From contig OZ316775.1 of the NCBI GenBank assembly GCA_973851085.1, positions 4,340,001 through 4,404,000 of the forward strand: 64,000 bases of DNA. The letters run 5' to 3'. How positions within the stretch are numbered: the stretch's first letter is position 1; every line of letters starts with the position of its first letter. The translations under genes were made by a program, and so were the position numbers. This DNA is from Ptychomitrium polyphyllum (lineage: Eukaryota). The notes beneath the pieces are model-generated. The model had not been told where the DNA came from. It saw only the letters and a program-made list of their open reading frames with translations, and searched no databases. Positions 1-12,201 of the stretch are shown piece by piece.

Positions 1-3000
1 TTATTATAAATAAATAGTTTCAATGCATGAATTTTGCTCTACTTAATAGTTTGTTTGGAATTAAATAAAATTATGAAATTTATGTAATAGGTTCAAAATC
101 ACTTTCAATAGTCTCGAAGGGCAAAGGATAATAGCACAGAGTCATCATTGCTTCCAAAATTGAATAGAATGTTACTTTTAACCATAGTTGAAATATTACT
201 AATCTACTTTTGATGCACAATATCAAAAAAATTCAAAAAAGAATTATGAATTAATTAAAGATTCAATCTCTAAACCAACATTATATTTATCAAAATTTTC
301 CATATTTCAAAGGTGCACTACAAATAAACTGGACATATGAAAAGGCATAAAGCAATACAAGAACATCTTTTAAAATCTCTTATGTATTAAATATTGCTAA
401 TTTTTTCTTTTAAGTCTTCAACATTATTTTCATTCAATCATTTGATTTTTAATGAATTGTACTTGTATTATGAGCCATCATTAATTCCCAAAGTCTATTA
501 CTGTTCCATATGTAGTTTAACAAAGAATATATCATTTAAAACATAACAAATCTTACAGTCAACATATTTGTTGTTGTATTAATTTGTTGATGTAAAATTT
601 TTGTTAAATGCTGTTGATTTCAACAAATTTGTTATTTCTAAATGAATCATGAATATAAAAAAAACATAAATAATATGTATTTTAAACAAAAATGAAAACT
701 ATATCATGATACAAGAAGTTAAAAACATTTTTTTAAAATTTTTGATTATTTTGTAGGCATACTATTACTACTATTTAAATTTTTCTACGAAACCACAAAA
801 AATATCATATGAAGGTATGAACATCTTTCAAAATCTATATTATTAAATAAATTATAAATAAGCATTCAAATTTTTTTAAATACAAAATTGTATATTTTCA
901 CTCTTATTGCAATATGATATTAATTGATTCAAAAAAAATACATAATATTGATTAAACTTTAGTTTTTTTTACTTTAAACACTTAAATATGTTATTAACAT
1001 TGATATTTTATATATATTATTCTAATATGTACAAAAGTGTATATGTATTAACAATTTAAAAGCTTTTCTTCATAATTTTTGCAATAACAAAGTTATTTGT
1101 TTTTTATTATAATAGGTCTATTTAAAATTTATACAACATATAAAAAATAAAGTTTATCATTTCAAAATGAAACATCTTATATAATTGACATTTTAAAAAT
1201 ACCATTTTACAAGCATTTATATTATTTGAAAACATTTATATATTATTCTTGTAAAAGTTTATATAATATACAGATTAGATATTATATATAAAATGGAAGG
1301 GCTTTTGGCATAATTGATGACAATATTACAAATTATTGTCAGCTATATATTATTTTAAGATTTATTTGAATCCTAAAGAAAATATTGCTATTTAAATCTT
1401 TTAAAGGCATTGCCATAATTATTTTAAGTATTAAAAATTGAGAAAAGAATTCATAAAAATCATGTTACAACAAACTCAGATGAAGAGATTGATATTGTAT
1501 TTTTCCTTCTTATAACATTTATATTAAAGACATGTCTTTTAATTGCACTTGTTACACTATCATCACTTGATAATGATTATGAATTAACATCTTCTATCAT
1601 AATCAACTTCTTACTACGACCTATTCTTCTCATTCTTTTTATAACATGCTTACAAATATTAAAATCTATACTATTGGCAACCTTAACTATATCATATGCT
1701 ACTATTCCATCATTTAATTTTCTCTTATTACCATCTATATTTTTTGTCATTTTCTTATTAAAAACATTCTTATTCACAATTGTAATTTTTCATTTGTATT
1801 ATTAAAAAACACTTTTTCTTTTTGCAATTTGCTAATATGAATATACAGCATTTTTATGCTAATAACTTTGAATTTTGAAATGAAATGTATTAAATGTTGA
1901 TTATATTGTATATAAAATTGAAGCATTATTTATTGAAATTACAATATTATCAACTTTAAATGATATATTGCATATCAATTACAAAACATCTTTTCTCTTA
2001 TATTGTTTTAAACATGGTATTTTACTTCAAATTATCAAAAATCCATTATTTGAAAAAAATTTAAAATATTATTTTGAACACTATAATCACAATAGTTTTA
2101 TTATTTTTAAAATAATTTTGGAATGAAGAAAATAAAAAATAAAAAATAAAAAATATTTCTATGTATAAGTAGAATGATTTTTCTTATTTATTTTAGAACT
2201 TTATATTTATGATCAATGAATACCAATCAAAGTACAAGCATGCTGATTCTATAAAGAATTGAATAAGGAATTAGAGATTATATTGTAGAAAATTTGTACT
2301 TATTTTTACTTTTAATCTTTTGATTTTATGAATTTTTACATGAATACAATTCAAAATACATGTTTTAAATATCTTTAACATCAAAAATAATGTTAAATCT
2401 ATAATAAATATAATAAATATGTTGAATTGAAACAAAAATATCAATGAAATTACACAAAATTAACTAATTAATCAATCATTAAAATTATAATTTAAGAATA
2501 CAAAAATATGTTGAATTGAAATATATAAATAAACATGTCATATTCCAATTTCATTTTTAACAGAGTATATATTGTTATAATACTTTAAAAAGTAATATAA
2601 TTGTTTAGACATCTCTAAATCAATTTTTAAGAATATTTTGATTATTTGGAAAGCCTAAGTTTCTAAATGTAGATGTCGTCTATTTCATGAATCTAAAATA
2701 ATTCTAGAAGGATTTTTTAATGTTTAAACCTTTAAAGACATTTTTTAATTTTTACCCTCCAAATTATTTTTTCTAAATGAAGTAAAATAAATATTTTAGT
2801 GAATTATTATTATTATTAGTTTACAACAGACCTATTTTCTTGTCAATTTATGACAATGTATTATAATATATATTGTGACAAAATCATATTATAATATAAT
2901 ACATACTTTATTTTAAATTTTTACAAAAACTTCATATAAGTACGTAAAATTTATGGTTTGTTATATATAATTTTAATATGAAGCCAAAATTATTGTAAAA

Positions 3001-5600
3001 AAATCCATGTAAAGTTTTATAGATGTAACCATAGGAAAGTAAATAATTTTTTTAAAAAAAATTATGATTTAAAACTTTATATGTACTAAATAAAGCTCAA
3101 AATTAACATAACTGATATATTATAGGATTAAACAGTTGAAAGAGTTGTATATGATGAAGATTTAGGCAATTGTGGTGAATGGTTTATGACCTATATTTAA
3201 CATCCAAGTTAAGAATAACAAAACTTATTCTTTTATTTTTTATAATTAAACTAATGTTTAACATTGAAAGGAAGTTTGGTAAGAGATTTTGATTATCCAA
3301 AATTTAAAGATAATTTGCATGTTAAATGTGAACTAATCTTGTAAATATGTTTCAAAAATTTAGCCTATTAATGCGGATAAGTTTGGAGAGTAAATTAAAC
3401 TTCATAATTTATGTTTCCACCACCAAATTAGAAGTAAGTTTTTAATTCAATACTATTTTGTAAAGCAAGGTTTGAAAGTAATATAAGACAAGGCTATGTT
3501 TATTATTTTGTCCATGATGTTGAAATACAAACAAAATTTAAAGTTTTTTTTTTCATATGAGCCAAAATCATATTAAACTTCCAATAAAAATTATTGTAGG
3601 AAGAAAAAAAGTTGTTCAAAGTGTTTGTTTGTTAATGAATATAATTAAGTCTCCGTACTAAAGGATGATTTTTAAATCAAAAAATGTTAGTCTAACCAAA
3701 TAATTTTTGACATATTCAAACATAATTCACCTAATAACTACACAAAAAGATTTTTTTGTCATATTCATTCTGAATGAATTTTTAAAATTAATTTTTTTTT
3801 CCAAAGGACTTATTTTAGATGATAAAGGTAGCTTTGTAACTAATAATTCATCAAAATTATACGAACTGTTCATATACAATCCATGCCCAAAAAATAAATT
3901 TAACTGATTTGTCATTTGTAAGAAGCTACTAAATAGAAATTCCTTGATTTATTTGTTGAATATCAAATGAGAATTTCAAATCATAGTACATTGTAATTAC
4001 TCCATACAATATAATTAGAGATTCTGTAATTGATATTTTGATATATGTTGTATAATTAAAAAACTAAAAACATAATAAAAGCTACCTTTACAAACTTGTT
4101 AAAATGAACCAACGATTTTGAAACATTTCTTTTTGTAACACAAAATAAAATTTAATGCTGTAACTTCTTAAAAACCTATTGAATAGAAACAAATCTCCAT
4201 CCATTGTTACATTTTTCAATATAATAGCTAATAATGGAAAACTCACCAATTCCACCATTGTTTTCCACAACAAATTGAATTTGTAGCTTTATTTCTAGCT
4301 TTTCAACTTATTCAATATAATAAACATGCTTTAAACAATTACACATTGTTGCAGCAAAATTGTCAGTACAATGTTTAGGTTGTTCATTTTATGTTAGTTT
4401 GGCAAGGAATCATTCTTTGATATTTTTGAAAGCCTTATGTTGCATAAAATAAACGTTGACTTTATTGTCTATATCAAATGCACAGTCCATATAATATGAA
4501 GTGGTTATAAATGATTTTTTTATATCATCATCAACGGCCAACAGGTTTTGGATTGTAGTGAATCAAATTTTAGATAGTTTTACTGTACAAAAAAACAAAA
4601 GATTGAGTAGAAAATTCAAAATCACATTTATGTGTGAGTTAAATATTTGTTTTATTTTTTATAACTTTCACAATGAATGAATAATACAAATCAGTATTTG
4701 TAAAGTTTTCTATAATATCTTTTTCATATCCAATAGGGTCAAAACTTGTGGATTAAATCATAAACGCTAAAAATGGAATCAAATAATATTACTAATTAAT
4801 AAAAGGTTATGGCTAACTTTTGAAGATAAATTTTGAAGATAACCAATTGGAACAAGTATTTTTGTTTCTCATTAAATTTTTATAAACATGTATCTTTGAT
4901 TTTTATTTTTTTTTCAATTATTTACTAAAATAAGACAGTGTTGTATTAATGTGCAAGAACTTCAACAAAATACAGTAGAAACTTTGAATTCAATAAATGA
5001 GAAGAATGCAAGGAAAACAAAGCAAGAATATTAAAAAGAATTCTAAGTAACTTGTATATATGATTAGTTGTATTCACATGTCATGAATGCTCTTTGTATG
5101 GTTTTTAAATGGTGTCTTTTTCAATCCAAATAAAAAGTAAAAGTGGTGCAATAATTGAAAGCATTGAAGATTAAAAAACGGAGAAAAAAATATACAATGG
5201 CTTATATATTCAAGTTGTTCCACTCACTTGGTATATCTGGACTTATGGAGCTTATAAACTAAACCACTTACGTCCAAGTTGAAGATAGCAATAAGCTTGA
5301 AGATAATAGAAAGTATTATTATAAGGTGTATTCAAGAAATGTAAAACCAAAATCATATTATGCTTCCAGCTTAAAAGAATGGACTGAGCAAAAGAAAGCA
5401 AAAAAATTGATATTATAAATTATACAAAGCTTTGGAATAGAAAAGAAAATAATATATTACAAAATGAAAGAAATTTAAGAATGAAGTTGGCATCATTAGT
5501 ATGCATATGGATGAATTGATCCAACATACATTGAAGGGATATCTTGCAAAATTTATGAAAGTTAGTAATAAACCAAAACAAAAGTAAGTTCACCTCCTAA
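1..5600. other. Very AT-rich, CpG-depleted intergenic block, probably ancient decayed repeat or foreign DNA
   Basis: Composition by eye. There is no ORF above about 80 aa and no recognisable domain. The sequence switches abruptly to genic composition near 5.6-5.9 kb. Confidence 0.45.
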
Positions 5601-6421
5601 GCAGTTTGTTGCATAGATGCAATGAGTTTCAAAGAAGAAAGGTATTGAAGATCTCCATGTCTTTCCACCCCGTTTCTCTCTAGAGTTTTCTTTTGTCAAG
5701 AAAAAAGGATCCATCATAAATATTGTCCAAATGCAAATAGATGGCAACTCAAGAGATATGCAAGGGCCAAAGTCTGACGTGAATATTTGGGTGACAATGG
5801 GCATGTCCAATTTTTCTTTTGTACGTGGGAGTATGGACCTCTGTAGATTGAATCAGTTTAGAATACGTGAGAAATAACTTGCCATTTTTCATTGTGTCAA
5901 GTAGTTCTTCCATATTGGATGGTGGTAGCCCACTTCATAAAGTCGGAAGGAGTCTTCGATGCCCTGCAGGTTCACTTTCCAGAGTGGAACACCTTTGAAC
6001 TAAACGAATATTACGTTCTGCTAACTGGTTCGTAACTCTCCGGTGCGCCCGGCGCCTCACAAAAGTTCTAGCCCTACACGACAATTCCACTCCGGAACGT
6101 CCTCCCCCCCTCCACATTCTGATTCTCCATCATCCGCAATCACCTTCGTCCTCATCGCCTTTGTGTCGCTATTTACAGAGTCGCTCACGCACACTACGCA
6201 TACCACTCGAACGCACACATGATTGGCCACAGCATCTCCTCTTGATCTCCGTGTCACAGGTATGGTCAATCACAATCCTCAGCACTCTCCTTTCAAGTTC
6301 TCATGCTTTGTGCATCTGGGTTGAGCTTGCCTGGCCTTGAAGCTGCAAAGGTGCTGGTTTTGGTTTCAGAATCTGAGTTGAGCTTGCCTGGGTTGGTGGT
6401 ACCAAAGGTGGTGGTTTTGCA

Positions 6422-9400
6422 ATGGAGCCGATGGTAGGAGGAATGGGGCAGGTGCAGTGGGGGCTAGCAGCTTGGCGTGCGGGTGGTGACAGGGGCACTC
6501 GATGTGGTGAGAGCTTTGGGAGGTGTGGGTATGGCTACGGTTTAGTGAGGAGAAATCCAGGGCTCAGTGTGAGGTGCAGGGGTGGATGGAGGGAGGAGGT
6601 TTTGAAGGTGAGAGCTGTGAGCGCGGATGGAGGTGGTGGTGAAGGGAACGGGGAGAGGTTCGGACGTGGTGGCGGTGGGGGTGAGAATGGTGGCAATGGT
6701 GGTAATGGAGGTGATGGCGGTAGTGAAAGTTTTGATGGTCCCGGTGGGCGAGCACCGGAGGCTTCTTCTGGCATCCTGGCATGGTACTTTTCTTTACTTG
6801 TTTTTGGTGTTCTTGAGATGGTGCTGGGAACGGATTGGATGTTGGAGGATGTATAGCCCGCTTATGGTATTTGTGGATGAATTTAATTGTGTAAATGAAT
6901 TCGTGGAGATGCAGTTGAGAATGTCTTATGAGTGTAGCTTTCTTCGTGAGTTTTGTCTTGTCGAGAAGATTCTGGTATGCCACGCGAGGATTGACCCAGC
7001 GATTCACATGGACGATCGTATTTGATACTTTGGTATTCTAGTTCTCATATTTGTGTCGTCCTCACAACCAGCGTCGACTTTACTAGCGGTGTGCAGTCTC
7101 TATATTCCACGATTACAGTATAAATATCCTCGGTGGTGGCGGGAAGGTGCATGATCAGAAGCACGTGATTGTCTACCTCAATTTCAGAATTGAAATTGGC
7201 TAGAGTTTGGTATTTTGAAATAGGGTTTAGGGTTTAGGTTTTTAGGGCAGACCTCCTCTTGTGGGATGACCTTAGCAAGTGCTGCTCACCTCTACAAGTG
7301 CATTTTTTCTTTTCTGAATTGTGGTTTAAATAGGAAGTGCTTTTAGCTTCTGGAAGGAGGCATTTTTGAAGTTCTACCGGTGGTGGTTTCCAGGTACATG
7401 GATCAAACAAACAGAAATCCAGTCAGCACCAAGTCAATTACAGCTGCTATTCTCAATTTTCTAGGAGACATCTTTTGTCAGGTACTTGTCATACTTTCAT
7501 CGTCGTATTCTAACTACATACAAAATCAAGGGTAAATGCGAAGTATTGCTATCTATGATAATAGTGTAGAGCTTTTGACATTTCTTGACCAATTTTTTTG
7601 ACCAGTTGAATCATCTAGCCGCGCGTTTGTACCGAACTCATCTATTTTGTGAACTATTTCTAGTCTTCGTGTTTGGAGACTTCGTAATTATGTAACGTTG
7701 CATTTCGTTTCATATCTTGATACGTAAGATGACCCCAACTTTTTACTTAAAGAATTGTACAATCGAAAGCTGGGAAGTTTTTGGAAAGTGGCCACACATT
7801 CCATTCTTTCGGAATGAATAGATCTAATTGATACTGGAGTGGCTTAATGGCATATACTATGTTAGGAAATCCTCTGGGTTTGGCAGTTAAGGTCAGCATT
7901 TGGAATTTATTATCATGTTTGATCATTGTCAATTGGCAGTTAGTGATCAGCAAGTCTGATAAAATCGATGTCAGGCGAACAGCAGTGATCACTTTCCTTG
8001 GGTTTGTTCTTGTTGGCCCCACACTGCATACCTGGTAAGACACCCTATATAATTTTGGATACATAGCGACTGGTCAACCTATTTGTTATCAGCCCTTTAT
8101 AGCATGTTATGGTCCCAAATGTGGTAACTAGGGACAGCAATAGAACAAGACTTATAAAACCCTGACCACTCATCAGTGATTGCAGTGTTTACAATGATGG
8201 TGTTCAATGTGACGACAGGTACTTAGCTTTGAGCAAGGTGGTGACAACAACTGGGTTTGCAGGTGCTGCTATTCGACTTGTGCTTGACCAGGTAGAGTCT
8301 ACTCATTATGCTAATTCCAGTCTCTGAAAGAAAGTGGTCTTTTCTTCACGTGTGAAGTATGCTTGTGAGGTAAATATTGATTAATGGAGTTTTGGCTACG
8401 TGCTTTTTAGTGACCTTCTGTGGACCTTCAATTGAGTTTGTCTTATAGTCTGATTTAATTGTTTTAATCTACACTAAATAGCGGTATTAAATTGCCTATA
8501 CAAGCAGTTTTCCTTCAACATGACTTACCGCTTAAGGTTTTTCTCAACTTGTATATGGTGATGACAAACGTACGGGAATGACGGGTGGAGGTGTTGTAGA
8601 GGTTCAAATTATTAAAATCATAAATAAATGTGAATATAATACTATACATTAAAAAATGTATGGAATGTTGAGATATTAGTATGGGGCAATCTACCACCTC
8701 TGTAGCTATAGATGTTATTATTAGCTAGATTATATACTTGTCTTGCACGAATAAAATTGTCAATGAGATGCTGACGCTTATAGAAGATGTGGAGGCATGT
8801 TATGCATATACGCTCAAGACATACTAAAGCATCTGTCTTGTTGCAGTTTCTATTTTCACCTGCATTTGTAGCCCTGTTTTTCGCTTCATTGTTGACACTT
8901 GAGGGGCGGCCTAAGGATATCGTCCCAAAGCTTAAGCAGGTTAGTCCTATCTTTTCCTAAAAATTGTGAGAATATATACATGAGTTGAATATATACATAA
9001 AGAGCAACTGTAGGGCCTGGTTGCTATGTGATTTGTCTGCGAGAGTCTTCAATTTGACCCCTATGACTGCTTTCATAGCATATGTTAATATGATATCTGT
9101 CTCCGCAGGATTGGAAACCGACCGTCATTGCGAACTGGAAACTTTGGATTCCCTTTCAGTTTGTCAACTTTCTTTTTGTACCTCAACAGCTTCAGGTGAT
9201 TTTCATGATCTGTATTTCTGTGAATTAAATCCTCATGCGAGATATTCACATTAAATAGTTATTACAGCCATGGGGTTCTATTACTTTGGCTTAGAATTGG
9301 TCACACTTTAGAGTTGAGATCATACACAACTTGTCACAATTTGCTGTGTATGATTTATTTGTTTTAAACTAGTTTTCTTTGAGCTGAGGAGGTTGATTGC

Positions 9401-9549
9401 ATGGTGGTTTTTTACAGGTGGCTTTCGCTAATGTGGTCGCTCTCGCATGGAACGTATATTTATCTTTTGCTAGTTATAAAGAAGTAGCTGTTGCAATTCC
9501 TTCGGCAACTATAGATATGGAGGTGTCTCCCTTTGATGATGAAAAGTAA
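6422..9549 (+). CDS. Mpv17/PMP22 family membrane protein with probable plastid transit peptide and Gly-rich linker (~309 aa, 7 exons)
   Basis: Exons 6422-6783, 7394-7481, 7940-8034, 8219-8291, 8847-8939, 9109-9195 and 9418-9549 are all GT-AG and in phase. The translation has Mpv17/PMP22 hallmarks: WY..NPVSTKSITAAILNFLGDIFCQ, GFVLVGPTLHTWY, LDQFLFSP, ANWKLWIPFQFVNFLFVPQQLQV..NVVALAWNVYLS. Confidence 0.93.
7221..7247 (+). repeat. Short interstitial plant-telomere-like array (telo-box type) in the first coding intron of the Mpv17 gene
   Basis: TAGGGTTTAGGGTTTAGGTTTTTAGGG. Confidence 0.6.
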
Positions 9550-10561
9550 GACTTTTCGTCTCTCACAACTTGAAGACGACCCACACATCCAGGGCCCAGG
9601 GTGGATGCCCATGTTCTTCGTGTAAGAGACATATTAATGACACTCATTGCACATTCAGGACAAGAGAACATTGGTTTCAATCACTAGGAGTGAAAAAAAG
9701 GTCTCGCAACAGACCTATTATTGGATGTGCAACTTTCAATAGTACTGCTCAGGTGATGTAAGGACTTTTATCCCAAGTCATTACTCTCGTAGCTTTGTTA
9801 AACCCAATTTGCCTACTCATGTGTTCAAACTGAAATTGATTACAAAACGCTTATTACTGAGTTCCAAATGAAATTTTGTGTTTGCTTCAAATCGATATTA
9901 AAATGGTAAACATCCAAAACAATCAAAGTCTGTTCTACAAAAGACACTAAATACCTCTGTTAGGCTATTATTAGGTCAATAGTCCCAAACCTATACCAAA
10001 TAAACCCATCGTTTCTGATGATCCATCGCCCGTAATCTCTGTGAATCAGTTACATCATTATTAATATAAGTACAGGTACTGGAACACCAGATGTCACTCA
10101 AACACTGCACTCAATTTCAACACTCCACACACCAAAGTACTCTGTTTCGTACATGAAAATTGATGTCTTTCGACACTGACGTTCCCGCCAATGCTTGTGC
10201 ACATTCTCACAAGCAAGCGATCTGCATGAGATTCTATCACAAAGCTGTACTACAAAACTGTTGAGCACAAGTTTCACAAGTTGGCACAAGCTTTCCTGCG
10301 TCTCAGAAAGTCCTACAATTCATCACAATCCACTAGTAACCAAAACTCTTCTGCTAGATTCCTTGCCCTCTGCCTTGGAGGACACAGCTTCCAAGTTTCA
10401 AGCTGGAAGATTTTATTTTCTCTGATGCTTCAGATGTGCGAGAGCATATGGAAGTGAGGCCGTGGGGGTTTAGGTGAAGTTCTCATTTGGGTCGGTCCTT
10501 CCAACTTTTCTTGCTCTTGATTGTGAGTGTGAGAATCTGAGAGTGAGAGATTTTTGTTTGA

Positions 10562-12201
10562 ATGATGGAGGATCTAAATTCAGAGGATGATGAGGATTGG
10601 CTGCGAACCACCCCGTCAGAGGTGAAGGCGGAGCATGAGCCTGTGAAGAAGAGGCAGCGGAAGGTGATCACGCTCGACGACATCCTGGAAGCCGACATCA
10701 AGGAGTCGATACGCAAGCTGAAGCCCCGGAAGAACATCAAGCTGCTGCAGAAATTGAAATCAAAGTCGCACCTTTACGACTCCGAGGACTCCGAGGACGA
10801 TGCAGAGGACTACCGAAAGCCCACTGAGTTGCTGGAGGAGCTGGAGAAGCAGGTCACCACGGTTGCGGAGGAAGTGGAGCCGGCGTGGGGTTTGCCAGTT
10901 CTTGCATTCGCGCCATGCGAGCCCGTGTCCCTGGTATGCTGATTTTTCTGTGGCGAGGATGTTGAGATTGTCTTACAGCTATTGAAGTGCAAGTTTTGAT
11001 TGAAGCGTTTTCTTCCATGGAGTGTGTTAGGCTCGAGGTGGTGGGCCTCCGGTTCTCTGTGCATTGCAAGCGTCGAAGGAGGCAGAACGTGAAAGTTCCT
11101 TAGAAGAGTTAGTCAGGTCGGGGTGTCTGCGAGCATGGGCTTTTTGTAGCAACCGATGTGATGAGTCTACTCTGCGGTGGGCGTATCACCAAATGGCGTA
11201 CTCATGTGACGAGTCTCTGGAGAGAGCCTCCTGCAAGTTTTTGTGTGATTTACTGTTGCGGGTTTCATCGGTAAGCTCTGGTTTTCTGAGCATGAACATT
11301 CTGTGAGACCCTAAACCTTCATGGATCAACCCCAACTGATCCGCATGTATGGTTGCAGGATTCCGGGGCTTCGTTTCAGATGGATTGGCTACCAACCGTG
11401 GAAGATCTTAAGCAAACTCTCACTGTGTATGGATACAGGGAACGTGGAAAAGATGCTGTGGACATGGAAAAGCCCATGAAAAGCGCCGAGAGCAGGACAC
11501 CTGCGAAGAATCTGCGTTCTGTCTTCGAGTTCATCGCGGCTTGCTTTGCGAGACGGAGCATCATGCAAACATATTATCAGAGTGTAGATATGTGTAGGCT
11601 CCTGTGTATGCTGGTGCATCTTACCTTAGAGCGCGGACTGCTCTCAATTTTGGACAAAATCCAAGACTGTATCATCGAACTCCTCCGCCACTTCACTCCC
11701 GAGGACTGGCCCGTGCAGTATACAGGCGTCGCTAACAACATCTCAGCGTTCACAGAAAAGGCTCACAACAGCGTTCATGTCCTCAACGTCTTAAGCGGCC
11801 TTGGCAACCGCTCTGTGGACTTGCAGCGCCATATAGCTCTCCTTGAACTGTCTAAGCTGTCACGTCGGAGAAATACCCTAGCAAGTCCTAGGGATGTGAG
11901 CTCATTGTTTACGAATCCAAAACTGAAAGACAAGTTTGTGGATTTCAAGAAATGGTACTTTCAGGTGGTGATTGCAGATATGTTCTTGTGGTGCAATGAA
12001 GAATTTGTAAGTGATAAAATTGCGAGATATGGTTGGCTGCAGTTTTTGGGGCAGTGTTCGGTGATCTACGTTGGCGATGAGCGTCCGTTTGCTACCAAGC
12101 TGAGGAACATTGCTTCGTTCCTGGTAACCAAGTACAATGAGCATGAGCTTGAGGAGATTGACATAGAGGGCTCTGTCGAGGGATTTGATAAAGAAAGTTA
12201 A
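10562..12201 (+). CDS. NSE6: NSE6/SLF2 (FAM178, CANIN-domain) like subunit of the SMC5/6 complex (~484 aa, 3 exons)
   Basis: Exons 10562-10933, 11031-11270 and 11359-12201 join in phase 0. An acidic/basic N-terminus (KKRQRKVITLDDIL) precedes a helical domain. WLPTVEDLKQTL, LLCMLVHLTLERGL and HNSVHVLNVL..RSVDLQRHIALLELSKL resemble FAM178/SLF2 C-terminal blocks as I recall them (no search run). Confidence 0.72.
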
